Source: a virus (Duplodnaviria > Heunggongvirae > Uroviricota > Caudoviricetes). Taken from it: 13,244 nucleotides of DNA. The notes below the pieces were generated by a model. The model did not search any database, was not told where the DNA came from, and saw only the letters and a list, made by a program, of their open reading frames with translations. The stretch's first letter is position 1, and the number at the start of each line of letters is the position of its first letter. Where the stretch lies: positions 1 through 13,244 of IMG/VR virus record IMGVR_UViG_3300012942_000037; one strand, 5' to 3'. Shown here in pieces: positions 1 through 7,147 of this stretch. Position numbers and translations under genes: made by a program.

Positions 1-1
1 G

Positions 2-55
2 GCGGAAGAGCTTGCCCGGATGGCCGCCGAGGATGCCGCAGAAAACGACGAGTAA
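2..55 (+). CDS. 3' end of an upstream gene (partial; acidic tail AEELARMAAEDAAENDE*); identity not determinable
   Basis: Open frame from base 2 to TAA at 53-55. A second TAA at 56-58 overlaps the next ATG (TAATAATG). A UvsX/RecA-like gene is plausible from context but cannot be supported from 17 residues. Confidence 0.5.
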   Translation, partial: AEELARMAAEDAAENDE

Positions 56-57
56 TA

Positions 58-297
58 ATGAGTAGTGAGAGTAAACTAGTAGTTGAACTCTGGGATTATT
101 TCAGAGACCTCATTGGATCCAATAAGCGAGTAGAAGCTGCTACCCATCTTCTGAGATTATTCGAGGAATATGGCATCGACGTTCAATCCACCGAGATTGA
201 AGGTGAGTGTGAATATCTTGATGAAGCCATTATGGCACTCAGTGATATTGACGACGAGGATGACGATGACGATTATGGCTTCGATGAAGGTGACTGA
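58..297 (+). CDS. Small, highly acidic hypothetical protein (79 aa)
   Basis: The ATG is coupled to the upstream stop. The protein has a helical-looking N-terminus and a C-terminal tail DIDDEDDDDDYGFDEGD. Confidence 0.75.
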   Translation: MSSESKLVVELWDYFRDLIGSNKRVEAATHLLRLFEEYGIDVQSTEIEGECEYLDEAIMALSDIDDEDDDDDYGFDEGD

Positions 298-304
298 ATA
301 TTGA

Positions 305-343
305 ATTGGTAGGGCTGATCCAGTTAGTGTCAGCCCTACCAAT
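305..343. repeat. Perfect 14-bp inverted repeat (ATTGGTAGGGCTGA / TCAGCCCTACCAAT) with an 11-nt loop
   Basis: Arms at 305-318 and 330-343. There is no U-tract. It ends 2 nt before the GAGGA Shine-Dalgarno (346-350) of the uvsY-like gene. Confidence 0.9.
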
Positions 344-356
344 CAGAGGATAACAG

Positions 357-842
357 ATGAGTAAATGGTATAGCAGAGTCACGGCCAACCCCGCTGACTT
401 TACACCCCTAGTCGACGCCATAGTTTACTTCGAGACTGAACTTGAGGAGGCAAGGTATGAAACCCGCCTCAAAGGTAGTCTCGAAAAGGCAAGTGCTCGT
501 CTGCCAGGTATTACAGCTCATCGTTTTGGCCAGCTTCAGGAAGTTGAAGCCATCCTGAAGTATCTCCAAATCCGTATGGATGAGGTCAAAGGGGCAGCAT
601 TCAAGAAATACCTGGAACACTACCAGAAGTCTTTGAGCTCGAGGGATGCTGAAAAGTATGCTGATGCTGATAGCAAGGTCATTGAGATTGCCCTTCTGAT
701 CAATCAGATTGCTTTGGTTCGCAATCAATACCTTGCTATTATGAAGGGCCTCGATGCGAAGAATTGGCAGATTAGTAATCTGACCAGGCTCAAAGCGGCA
801 GGATTTGAGGATTACTCCGTGGATGATAATAGCGTTCGCTAA
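357..842 (+). CDS. uvsY: UvsY-like recombination mediator protein (161 aa)
   Basis: SD GAGGA at 346-350. Long helical protein with the C-terminal pattern IMKGLDAKNWQISNLTRLKAAGFED typical of T4-like UvsY. It lies in a recombination cluster with a UvsW-like helicase. Confidence 0.75.
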   Translation: MSKWYSRVTANPADFTPLVDAIVYFETELEEARYETRLKGSLEKASARLPGITAHRFGQLQEVEAILKYLQIRMDEVKGAAFKKYLEHYQKSLSSRDAEKYADADSKVIEIALLINQIALVRNQYLAIMKGLDAKNWQISNLTRLKAAGFEDYSVDDNSVR

Positions 843-843
843 A

Positions 844-864
844 CGATCCACAGAGTTATCCACA
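844..864 (+). promoter_or_regulatory. Tandem DnaA-box-like 9-mers: CGATCCACA (844-852) and perfect TTATCCACA (856-864)
   Basis: Exact match to the DnaA consensus TTATCCACA at 856-864 and a 7/9 match 12 bp upstream. A third 7/9 match lies on the minus strand at 818-826. Function is unproven. Confidence 0.45.
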
Positions 865-890
865 GGCGGGCTTTCGGGCCCGCCTTTTCT
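864..890 (+). terminator. Rho-independent terminator after uvsY
   Basis: Stem AGGCGGGCT (864-872), loop TTCG, stem GGCCCGCCT (877-885), followed by TTTCT. Confidence 0.85.
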
Positions 891-911
891 GTGAATGAAC
901 CCAATTGAGCA

Positions 912-939
912 TTGACACATCTGATAATCTGCGTAAACT
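912..939 (+). promoter_or_regulatory. Sigma70-like promoter for the AAA+ ATPase operon
   Basis: TTGACA (912-917), 16-bp spacer, TAAACT (934-939), directly downstream of a terminator. Confidence 0.65.
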
Positions 940-975
940 GGACCGCAAGATACGTTGTGTAGATCGGAGTTAGGA

Positions 976-2154
976 ATGAAGGTTTTCGTTCGCCGCGGTG
1001 ACTGGTCAGGTCAAGTCATCTCCGGTAAGACCTTCGAGCTTTTCAAAGCTCTATCAATGGGGCAGAAAGGCCCATTCATTACCGTAAATGGTACGGGGGT
1101 GAATCAGGATAATGGCCGCCCCTTCCCCCAACGTAACTTCCGTATTGGTATCCAGGAGCCAGATGACTTTGAGCTCGAGGATAAGGGTGCTGACATTTTT
1201 GCTCCTCGAATGCGAACTGTATTCAGTGGATCGCCCGATCGCAAATTGCGAAAGTTTGTGCCCGGTGATGCTGTCATTGAAAAGATAGAAGCTGCCAGTC
1301 ACGCTGGTTCTCGAACTGATGAGACGGATGAGCAGATCAAAGAGCGCATTAGTGAGCGCTTTACCATCCTTCAAAACCTCACAGCCGATATTGCGCGCGG
1401 GAACATCAAGGGCCTCGTGGTCAGCGGTGCTTCGGGTGTGGGTAAGAGCTTCGAGGTCGAGGCGGCCCTGAACCGGGATAGCCTACTTGACAAGCTGAGC
1501 TTCAATGCTGATGCTAGCGACCAAAACGCCCGGCGAATTGGTCAAGGTGGCACGTTCAAAGCTCGCTATAATATCGTCAAGGGCTACAGCACCGCACCAG
1601 CCCTCTACATGACGCTCTATGAATATAGCGAATCCAGGGAGACGCTAGTCTTTGATGACTGCGATAGCGTTCTAGGTGACGAGACTTCGCTCAACATCCT
1701 AAAAGCGGCCCTTGATACCTCGGGTAAGAGGATGATTAGCTGGCGCAGTCAGTCGCGCAACTCTACTGATGCGCCCAACCAGTTTGAGTTCAAGGGTAGC
1801 GTGATCTTTATCACCAACATCAATTTCGAGAAGATCGTCGAGAAGGGAACCGCCAGGCTTGCTCCACATCTCGAAGCTATCATGTCACGTTGTCTCTATC
1901 TGGACCTGACTATTGATACGGTTCGCGAAAAGCTCGTTCGGATCGAGCACGTGGCTCGCGATTTGCGAATGCTGGAACGCGAGTTCAAGCTAGAGGGCAA
2001 TGAGATCGAGGAAGTTCTTGCTTGGACCCATAAACATGCCCGGCGATTCCGAGAGCTCAGCCTGCGTAAGGTTGGCCAGCTGGCTAGCCTGCGCAAGAGC
2101 TCAAACCTCGATTGGGAACGGGTTGCGCAAGTTACCCTGCTGAAGCAGCGATGA
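976..2154 (+). CDS. AAA+ family ATPase of unknown function (392 aa)
   Basis: Walker A GASGVGKS, Walker B LVFDDCD, sensor-1 strand VIFITN and arginine-finger-like AIMSRC. The start was moved from TTG 955 to ATG 976 because of the SD GGAGT at 966-970. Confidence 0.85.
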   Translation: MKVFVRRGDWSGQVISGKTFELFKALSMGQKGPFITVNGTGVNQDNGRPFPQRNFRIGIQEPDDFELEDKGADIFAPRMRTVFSGSPDRKLRKFVPGDAVIEKIEAASHAGSRTDETDEQIKERISERFTILQNLTADIARGNIKGLVVSGASGVGKSFEVEAALNRDSLLDKLSFNADASDQNARRIGQGGTFKARYNIVKGYSTAPALYMTLYEYSESRETLVFDDCDSVLGDETSLNILKAALDTSGKRMISWRSQSRNSTDAPNQFEFKGSVIFITNINFEKIVEKGTARLAPHLEAIMSRCLYLDLTIDTVREKLVRIEHVARDLRMLEREFKLEGNEIEEVLAWTHKHARRFRELSLRKVGQLASLRKSSNLDWERVAQVTLLKQR

Positions 2155-2573
2155 TTCCTCAAGTTTATTTCAATGGAACTGACATATCGGTGGCGTTGAG
2201 CCATCCATCCTTTGTACGATATGAAGATTTTCCGAAGGATCCTGAAGTAACGTTCTTCATGGATATGGGTAGCTTGTTCCAGCTAGCCTATGAGGATGAT
2301 ATTACACCGATCTTTCGTATCTTGGAATGGCTTGAAGCCAACTGTCGTCAGGGTTGGCGCTGGACGATTGATGAGAAGACGGAATTCGTTCCTGACCCTA
2401 CTGGTAAATCAATCCTACCTAACGGTAAACGAGCAAGCGTTTCTGATGTGCGGCGGCAGCTATGGATCAATTTTGATTCTCGCGATGATGCCATGCTATC
2501 TCGGATCACATTGGTTGATCTGAGGAATATGCGTCATGCTAACTGTGGAATCTTGTCTTCGGGCGTTAGCTGA
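2151..2573 (+). CDS. Hypothetical protein (140 aa), member of the in-window 'W..N / F....DAM' paralogue family
   Basis: ATGA overlap with the ATPase stop places the start at 2151. Contains LEWLEANC and WINFDSRDDAML. Confidence 0.7.
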   Translation: MIPQVYFNGTDISVALSHPSFVRYEDFPKDPEVTFFMDMGSLFQLAYEDDITPIFRILEWLEANCRQGWRWTIDEKTEFVPDPTGKSILPNGKRASVSDVRRQLWINFDSRDDAMLSRITLVDLRNMRHANCGILSSGVS

Positions 2574-3204
2574 TATTACTGATAAGCCTCCGCGCGATCA
2601 ACACGGCCACGTTTACGAGATCTCGAATACCTGGGACGAGCGATTCGTCAATGACGTCTGGTCACATGTCGAGCAGGGTCAAGCAATCAGCACCTCACAG
2701 AGCGAGGTGGTGCTCAAGCTGGTTCAGAAGTATCGTGACCATCTTCTTGAATATGGCCTAGACGAGACCAATTTGGATGGCTTGATTGCTTTTCCGGTTT
2801 ATGAGAAGACCCCGTATCAGAGCACCAAACTTCCTAGAGAAGTGAGGTATGCCGGTGATAACAAGCTCGTATTCAGGTGTAAGTTCAACGCCAGCATCGT
2901 TGAAGAGATTAAGAAGCTCAAAGGTTCCAACCTTTTCCAATCGCAGACCTACCCCATGTTCCTGCGTGATTCGAAACTATGGATTGTTGATATCAACTCG
3001 GGTAATTGGGAAAGGGCCATGGATATCATCAAACGTCATAATTTTGGATTTGATGATCATGTGGCCAATTACTTTGTTGAAGTCGCGAACTCATTTGGTA
3101 GCCCTAGCCTGATAGAGGTAGATGATCAGGCTATCCAGGTGAGTGTAAGGAATGATGATTTCTTGGATAGTTGGCTTAACGGCCTTTCGAGATTGGAAGC
3201 GTAA
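2536..3204 (+). CDS. Protein with a HARP-like domain (222 aa); probable detached N-terminal part of a SMARCAL1/HepA-related helicase
   Basis: SD GAGG at 2522-2525. The segment LVFRCKFNASIVEEIKKLKG...SKLWIVD resembles the HARP pattern F.Y...V..IK.+.G......K.W.+. Coupled by TAATG to the SNF2-like ORF. Confidence 0.6.
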   Translation: MLTVESCLRALADITDKPPRDQHGHVYEISNTWDERFVNDVWSHVEQGQAISTSQSEVVLKLVQKYRDHLLEYGLDETNLDGLIAFPVYEKTPYQSTKLPREVRYAGDNKLVFRCKFNASIVEEIKKLKGSNLFQSQTYPMFLRDSKLWIVDINSGNWERAMDIIKRHNFGFDDHVANYFVEVANSFGSPSLIEVDDQAIQVSVRNDDFLDSWLNGLSRLEA

Positions 3205-4721
3205 TGTTTGACCAAAAGATCCTACCCAAGACACCTGGTATAGCCCGCCGCCTTCTTGCTTTTAGCCAGTTGAATGGCATGGCTTTTGATGATAAGCTGG
3301 TGGCTTTGGCTAGTGAAGATCTAGTCACCCAGGATGATCTTAAGAATCTACCATTCAAACTCACGTCACAAGGCCTCTATGCTCTTCAGCATATTAGGGA
3401 TTGGCATGGCCGGGCCATGCTTCTTGATTCGGGTAATGATCGAGCCCGTGAAGTAGCCCTGGCAAATATCTGGCTGGCTAGTGGTAAGACACTAATTCTG
3501 GCTCAACCAAACGTCTATGGTGAATGGGCTTCTCTGATTAGACAAATATGGCCCCAAGCCAAACTCAGCGTATTTGGTAATCCACGCTACAAGGATTCCA
3601 AACAAGTCTATCCGGAGGGGGTTGAATTCTCAGATAGACCTGATTTTACCGCTGACTTCTTCATCACCAGTTATGGTGGTGCGGTATGGCATGATTTTTG
3701 CGGCCATGTGACAGTTGATCAAACTGTCGTTGAAGAACTAGATCATCAGAATGCTATCAATTACAGATGGGATGAAGCAGTTCGAGGCCTTTTGACGGAA
3801 TTGCCCCGGCCAGTATTCATTCAGAATATCTTCAACCTTCCTAGTGATCATGGCCGGGATAATCTAGTTAGTCTTCAGATGCCATCCAGTAAGGCATTCA
3901 ACTTCATAATCGATCTTGTGTCTAACTACCTATGGTCTGGAATTCCTACTGCGAGACCCTTCCTTGGTCATACGAGAGAGATTGAGGAGTATCTGGTATC
4001 ACATTCATATCAGAAATACGATGTGTTGAAGCTCTTGGATATCCTCGGAGTCAGTTCACATCTACTGGATGATGTAGATGGCAATATGAAACCATTGATC
4101 TTCTGGGATCTGACGATCAAGCATCTAAGAGCCGATAGTAAGGCAAAACGTACAGACTCTGGCCTTCACAAGATCCTAGAGCGTGAAAGGGATTTGGCTA
4201 CCCAGCAGGGCCTATCCATGGCTTCCATAGCCAGTGCCGCATTAGAAGGTGACCATAGCTCGTTGACCCTTATAGGGGGCCTGATGACTACTCAGTGGTC
4301 CAACTTAAAAGCAAATCATGTGAAGGTTACTCACTCTGCTATAGCAAACCGATTCTCTAAGAGTCTGATCCTAGTGAATAATCAGGATCTAAAGCGTGGT
4401 CTGAAGCTTCACTTTGGTGCGACTATCGATGATTTAACTACTGATGCCGAAGCTACTAGAGATCGGTTCATTCAGGAACAATCTCGGTGGGCTGTCAACT
4501 ATGGCCCTAAGCCTCTGGCTAGTTTGATTGTTACTCTGGATGAGCTCCTGGATAATCCTAAACTCCTAGATGTTGCGAATTTTCTCTTCACACCTGAATG
4601 GAATGATTCCAGAGAAGCACTTTATGCTTTGAAAGCTCTGGCTGATCAACATGGGACAAGAATAGTCTATAGTGTGATCAGCAATACCTTTGAAGAAGCG
4701 ATCTACCAGCAATTTCAGTGA
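3204..4721 (+). CDS. SNF2-family helicase-like protein with degenerate ATPase motifs (505 aa)
   Basis: Order and spacing of SNF2 landmarks are retained: GRAMLLD (motif I region), KTLILAQP..YGEW (Ia), DFFITSY, VVEELDH (II), KSLILVN (IV), EWN (after V), and IVYSVISNTFEEAIY (SNF2 C-terminal T[IV]EE.I). The catalytic residues are replaced. Confidence 0.7.
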   Translation: MFDQKILPKTPGIARRLLAFSQLNGMAFDDKLVALASEDLVTQDDLKNLPFKLTSQGLYALQHIRDWHGRAMLLDSGNDRAREVALANIWLASGKTLILAQPNVYGEWASLIRQIWPQAKLSVFGNPRYKDSKQVYPEGVEFSDRPDFTADFFITSYGGAVWHDFCGHVTVDQTVVEELDHQNAINYRWDEAVRGLLTELPRPVFIQNIFNLPSDHGRDNLVSLQMPSSKAFNFIIDLVSNYLWSGIPTARPFLGHTREIEEYLVSHSYQKYDVLKLLDILGVSSHLLDDVDGNMKPLIFWDLTIKHLRADSKAKRTDSGLHKILERERDLATQQGLSMASIASAALEGDHSSLTLIGGLMTTQWSNLKANHVKVTHSAIANRFSKSLILVNNQDLKRGLKLHFGATIDDLTTDAEATRDRFIQEQSRWAVNYGPKPLASLIVTLDELLDNPKLLDVANFLFTPEWNDSREALYALKALADQHGTRIVYSVISNTFEEAIYQQFQ

Positions 4722-4728
4722 ATTAGCG

Positions 4729-4736
4729 CATAAATA
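4729..4736 (+). promoter_or_regulatory. T4-late-like promoter box CATAAATA upstream of uvsW
   Basis: 7/8 match to the T4 late consensus TATAAATA, intergenic. The predicted start (~4742) coincides with the first hairpin. Confidence 0.5.
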
Positions 4737-4740
4737 GAAG

Positions 4741-4761
4741 ACTGGGGAAAGGCTCTCCAGT
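4741..4761 (+). other. RNA hairpin ACTGGGGA-AAGGC-TCTCCAGT (leader hairpin or weak terminator)
   Basis: 8-bp stem with one G-U pair, followed by TTATA. Confidence 0.6.
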
Positions 4762-4771
4762 TTATAGACGT

Positions 4772-4810
4772 AGCCCTATTGATCTCTGTATATTGGAGGA
4801 CAATAGGGCT
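4772..4810. repeat. Perfect 10-bp inverted repeat (AGCCCTATTG / CAATAGGGCT) extendable into a long hairpin
   Basis: Arms at 4772-4781 and 4801-4810. Further pairing TCTCT/GGAGG inside leaves a 7-nt loop GTATATT. Confidence 0.85.
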
Positions 4811-4846
4811 TTCCTATGACCCGTAGAACAAAACATAAGTGGTCGC

Positions 4847-6340
4847 ATGACAGTAAAGAAATGTACGTTGGTGATTCACGATGAAGTGAATTGCTCATTT
4901 AGAGATCTGGATCCTCAGACTAGGCGCGAATGTGAAGCAGCGCTGAAGTTCTTCATTCACGCGGCTCGCCACATGCCCGCCTTCAAATTAGGTCGGTGGG
5001 ACGGATGTGCTCGATATTTCGCTCTGAATGGCAACACCTACGTAAATCTCCTGGATAAGGTCTTGGATATCGTAATCAACGCAGGTTACGAGATTGAACT
5101 AGAGGATCATCGCATTGCGAGGACTTTTGAGTTCCCCTTTGTTGATGAGGATTATGTCTTCAATAACTGCCCCAACCCAGTGTGGCCAAAGGGTCACCCA
5201 GTTGAAGATCAACCAATCCAACTACGTGATTATCAGGTTGATATCATCCGATCCTTCCTTGAAAATCCTCAGTGTATTCAAGAGATCGCAACTGGTGCGG
5301 GTAAGACGCTCTTAACCGCAACTCTAAGCCATCTTTGTGAGGAGCATGGCAGGACGATTGTCATCGTGCCCAATAAGAGCCTCGTTGACCAGACTGAATC
5401 TGATTACAAGAACTTAGGTCTAGATGTCGGTGTCTATTATGGTGATCGCAAGGATTATGGTAAGCAACATACCATTTGTACTTGGCAGAGCCTTGCCATC
5501 ATGGACAAGAATACCAAGAAGAAAAACCTGAAACCAAGCCAACAAGACATTGATACGTTCACCAAAGACGTGGTTGCTGTCATGGTGGATGAAACTCATA
5601 TGGCCAAGGCAGACCAACTCAAAAGCCTGCTTTGTGGCCCATTTGCCAACGTGCCTATCCGTTGGGGTTTAACGGGAACGGTTCCTAAGGAAGAGCACCA
5701 TTTCACCTCTATCCTGGCCAGCCTTGGACCAGTAGTGAATCGCCTTTCAGCGAAAGAACTCCAAGATAAGGATGTGTTGGCTAGATGCCATGTTGATATA
5801 GTTCAGCTCATGGATAGTCTGGAATTTGAATCATTCCATGAAGAGAACAACTTCCTAGTAACTGATCCAAACCATCTTGATTGGATCAGTGAATTTGTAG
5901 TTAAACAGAGCCAATCAGGTAATACTTTGGTTCTAGTGAACCGAGTTGAAACTGGTAAGGAGTTGGAATCTCGTATTCCTGATTCATCATTCGTTTATGG
6001 TAATGTGAATGCCAAGGACCGCAAGGAAGCATATGATGAGATTGGTCAGGGTACTAATCAGATAGTAATTGCGAGTTATGGCGTGGCCGCTGTGGGTATC
6101 AACATTCCTCGCATCTTCAACTTGGTCTTAGTCGAACCGGGTAAGAGTTTCGTTCGAGTCATCCAATCCATTGGTCGTGGTATTCGCAAGGCCAAGGATA
6201 AGGATTACGTTCAGATCTTCGACATTGCTTCCACTTGTAAGTTCAGTGCTCGTCATGTGACCGCACGGAAGAAGATCTACAAGGAAGCCAGTTATCCATA
6301 CACCGTGAGGAAGGTCGATTACATTAAGGACCTGTCATGA
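4847..6340 (+). CDS. uvsW: UvsW-like superfamily 2 DNA helicase / branch-migration enzyme (497 aa)
   Basis: N-terminal PAFKLGRWDG (UvsW-type), Q-motif LRDYQ, Walker A ATGAGKT, Ia IVPNKSLVDQ, motif II VDETH, III GLTGT, VI QSIGRGIR. All motifs are intact. Confidence 0.9.
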   Translation: MTVKKCTLVIHDEVNCSFRDLDPQTRRECEAALKFFIHAARHMPAFKLGRWDGCARYFALNGNTYVNLLDKVLDIVINAGYEIELEDHRIARTFEFPFVDEDYVFNNCPNPVWPKGHPVEDQPIQLRDYQVDIIRSFLENPQCIQEIATGAGKTLLTATLSHLCEEHGRTIVIVPNKSLVDQTESDYKNLGLDVGVYYGDRKDYGKQHTICTWQSLAIMDKNTKKKNLKPSQQDIDTFTKDVVAVMVDETHMAKADQLKSLLCGPFANVPIRWGLTGTVPKEEHHFTSILASLGPVVNRLSAKELQDKDVLARCHVDIVQLMDSLEFESFHEENNFLVTDPNHLDWISEFVVKQSQSGNTLVLVNRVETGKELESRIPDSSFVYGNVNAKDRKEAYDEIGQGTNQIVIASYGVAAVGINIPRIFNLVLVEPGKSFVRVIQSIGRGIRKAKDKDYVQIFDIASTCKFSARHVTARKKIYKEASYPYTVRKVDYIKDLS

Positions 6341-6359
6341 CACCTAAGGTACAAGCGTA

Positions 6360-6860
6360 ATGAGAATCTTAACTACTGACAACTGCCCATTTGAGATGAA
6401 TAACATACCCGATGAGGTTGATGATATCCGATATTGTGTGATTGACTACTCGGATCAGGCCAACATTGATTACGTATTCATTCCCCTGCTCTTTCTGGAG
6501 AGCTTCAATAGCCCAGCAGTTGATCTCCGACTTGGCAAATATCGTATTCAAATGCCGATGGATTGGAGCATTGTGATTGGTGACAAGAATTCAGGTGATC
6601 TCGAGATCCTCAGCCTCAAGCAATTGAATGATCGCCCCTTTGATGCTTTCTCGATCAATCCTATTAACGGCTATATGCCGTACTTCCATGATATCGAAAT
6701 CCTGAATGTATTTCCGGATGTGAAGTGGTATTTCCCCAAGCTGAAATATGGCCACATCCTGGCCACACCATTAACGGATGGTGATTCACCACAGTGTTGC
6801 TTCTTTGTCAAAGATACCAACAAGATTCCTGAGCACTTGGATATCACACAACTAGTCTGA
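6360..6860 (+). CDS. Hypothetical beta-rich protein, possibly a non-catalytic Hint-fold domain (166 aa)
   Basis: SD TAAGGT at 6345-6350. The sequence pattern resembles Hint/intein blocks without the catalytic residues (inference). Confidence 0.75.
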   Translation: MRILTTDNCPFEMNNIPDEVDDIRYCVIDYSDQANIDYVFIPLLFLESFNSPAVDLRLGKYRIQMPMDWSIVIGDKNSGDLEILSLKQLNDRPFDAFSINPINGYMPYFHDIEILNVFPDVKWYFPKLKYGHILATPLTDGDSPQCCFFVKDTNKIPEHLDITQLV

Positions 6861-7147
6861 TGGGCAAGCTGATTATCCTACCAGGCGTGGATCTCAATCC
6901 ACCAAGTCGCCAAGAACTTGTTGATGAAGCGAGTGAGTTGGTCATGAAGGAGATAGCTGGTGTCTTTGTTGAGCAGAAGTTCGAACCAGGATGTCTTGGT
7001 GCTTGGCATCGCCAGGTTAGAGACTATTTCTGGAGGCAGGATATAGCGCTAGTTGACCGCGACTTCAGATATGAAGACATTCGTCGATGGAAGAACTTCT
7101 GGAGAAGTGAGGTGTTGGATTATATCCAGAGTAAGCGTATCCGTTAA
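6860..7147 (+). CDS. Hypothetical protein (95 aa)
   Basis: TGATG overlap with the previous gene; fills the gap in the operon. No motif recognised. Confidence 0.7.
   Translation: MGKLIILPGVDLNPPSRQELVDEASELVMKEIAGVFVEQKFEPGCLGAWHRQVRDYFWRQDIALVDRDFRYEDIRRWKNFWRSEVLDYIQSKRIR

Noticed and set aside
250-294. GAT/GAC-rich low-complexity repeat
   Set aside because: It simply encodes the poly-Asp tail of ORF 58; it is not a separate repeat element.
408-920. 170-aa minus-strand ORF antisense to uvsY, and similar shadows (157..342, 239..421, 1054..1374, 1896..2204, 8169..8470, 8678..9031, 9182..9601, 9411..9653, 9663..9902, 12394..12767)
   Set aside because: They fully overlap well-supported plus-strand genes, have no motifs or SD, and show the composition typical of antisense frames.
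955-975. TTG start for the ATPase as given in the ORF track
   Set aside because: ATG 976 has a good SD and lies at a sensible distance from the promoter.
3177-3206. Programmed frameshift fusing the HARP-like and SNF2-like ORFs
   Set aside because: The downstream frame is closed by TAA at 3177-3179, only 8 codons upstream, and no slippery heptamer is present. TAATG coupling explains the junction.
3480-3491. ASGKT in the 505-aa ORF as a Walker A motif
   Set aside because: It lacks the upstream glycine of GxxGxGKT and directly precedes the LILAQP strand, so it aligns with SNF2 motif Ia, not motif I.
4816-4884. 22-codon ORF starting at ATG 4816 in the uvsW leader
   Set aside because: The nearest GGAGG is 15 nt away and buried in a hairpin; there is no other support.
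4847-6340. Intein or intron within uvsW
   Set aside because: Helicase motifs are normally spaced and the length (497 aa) is typical.
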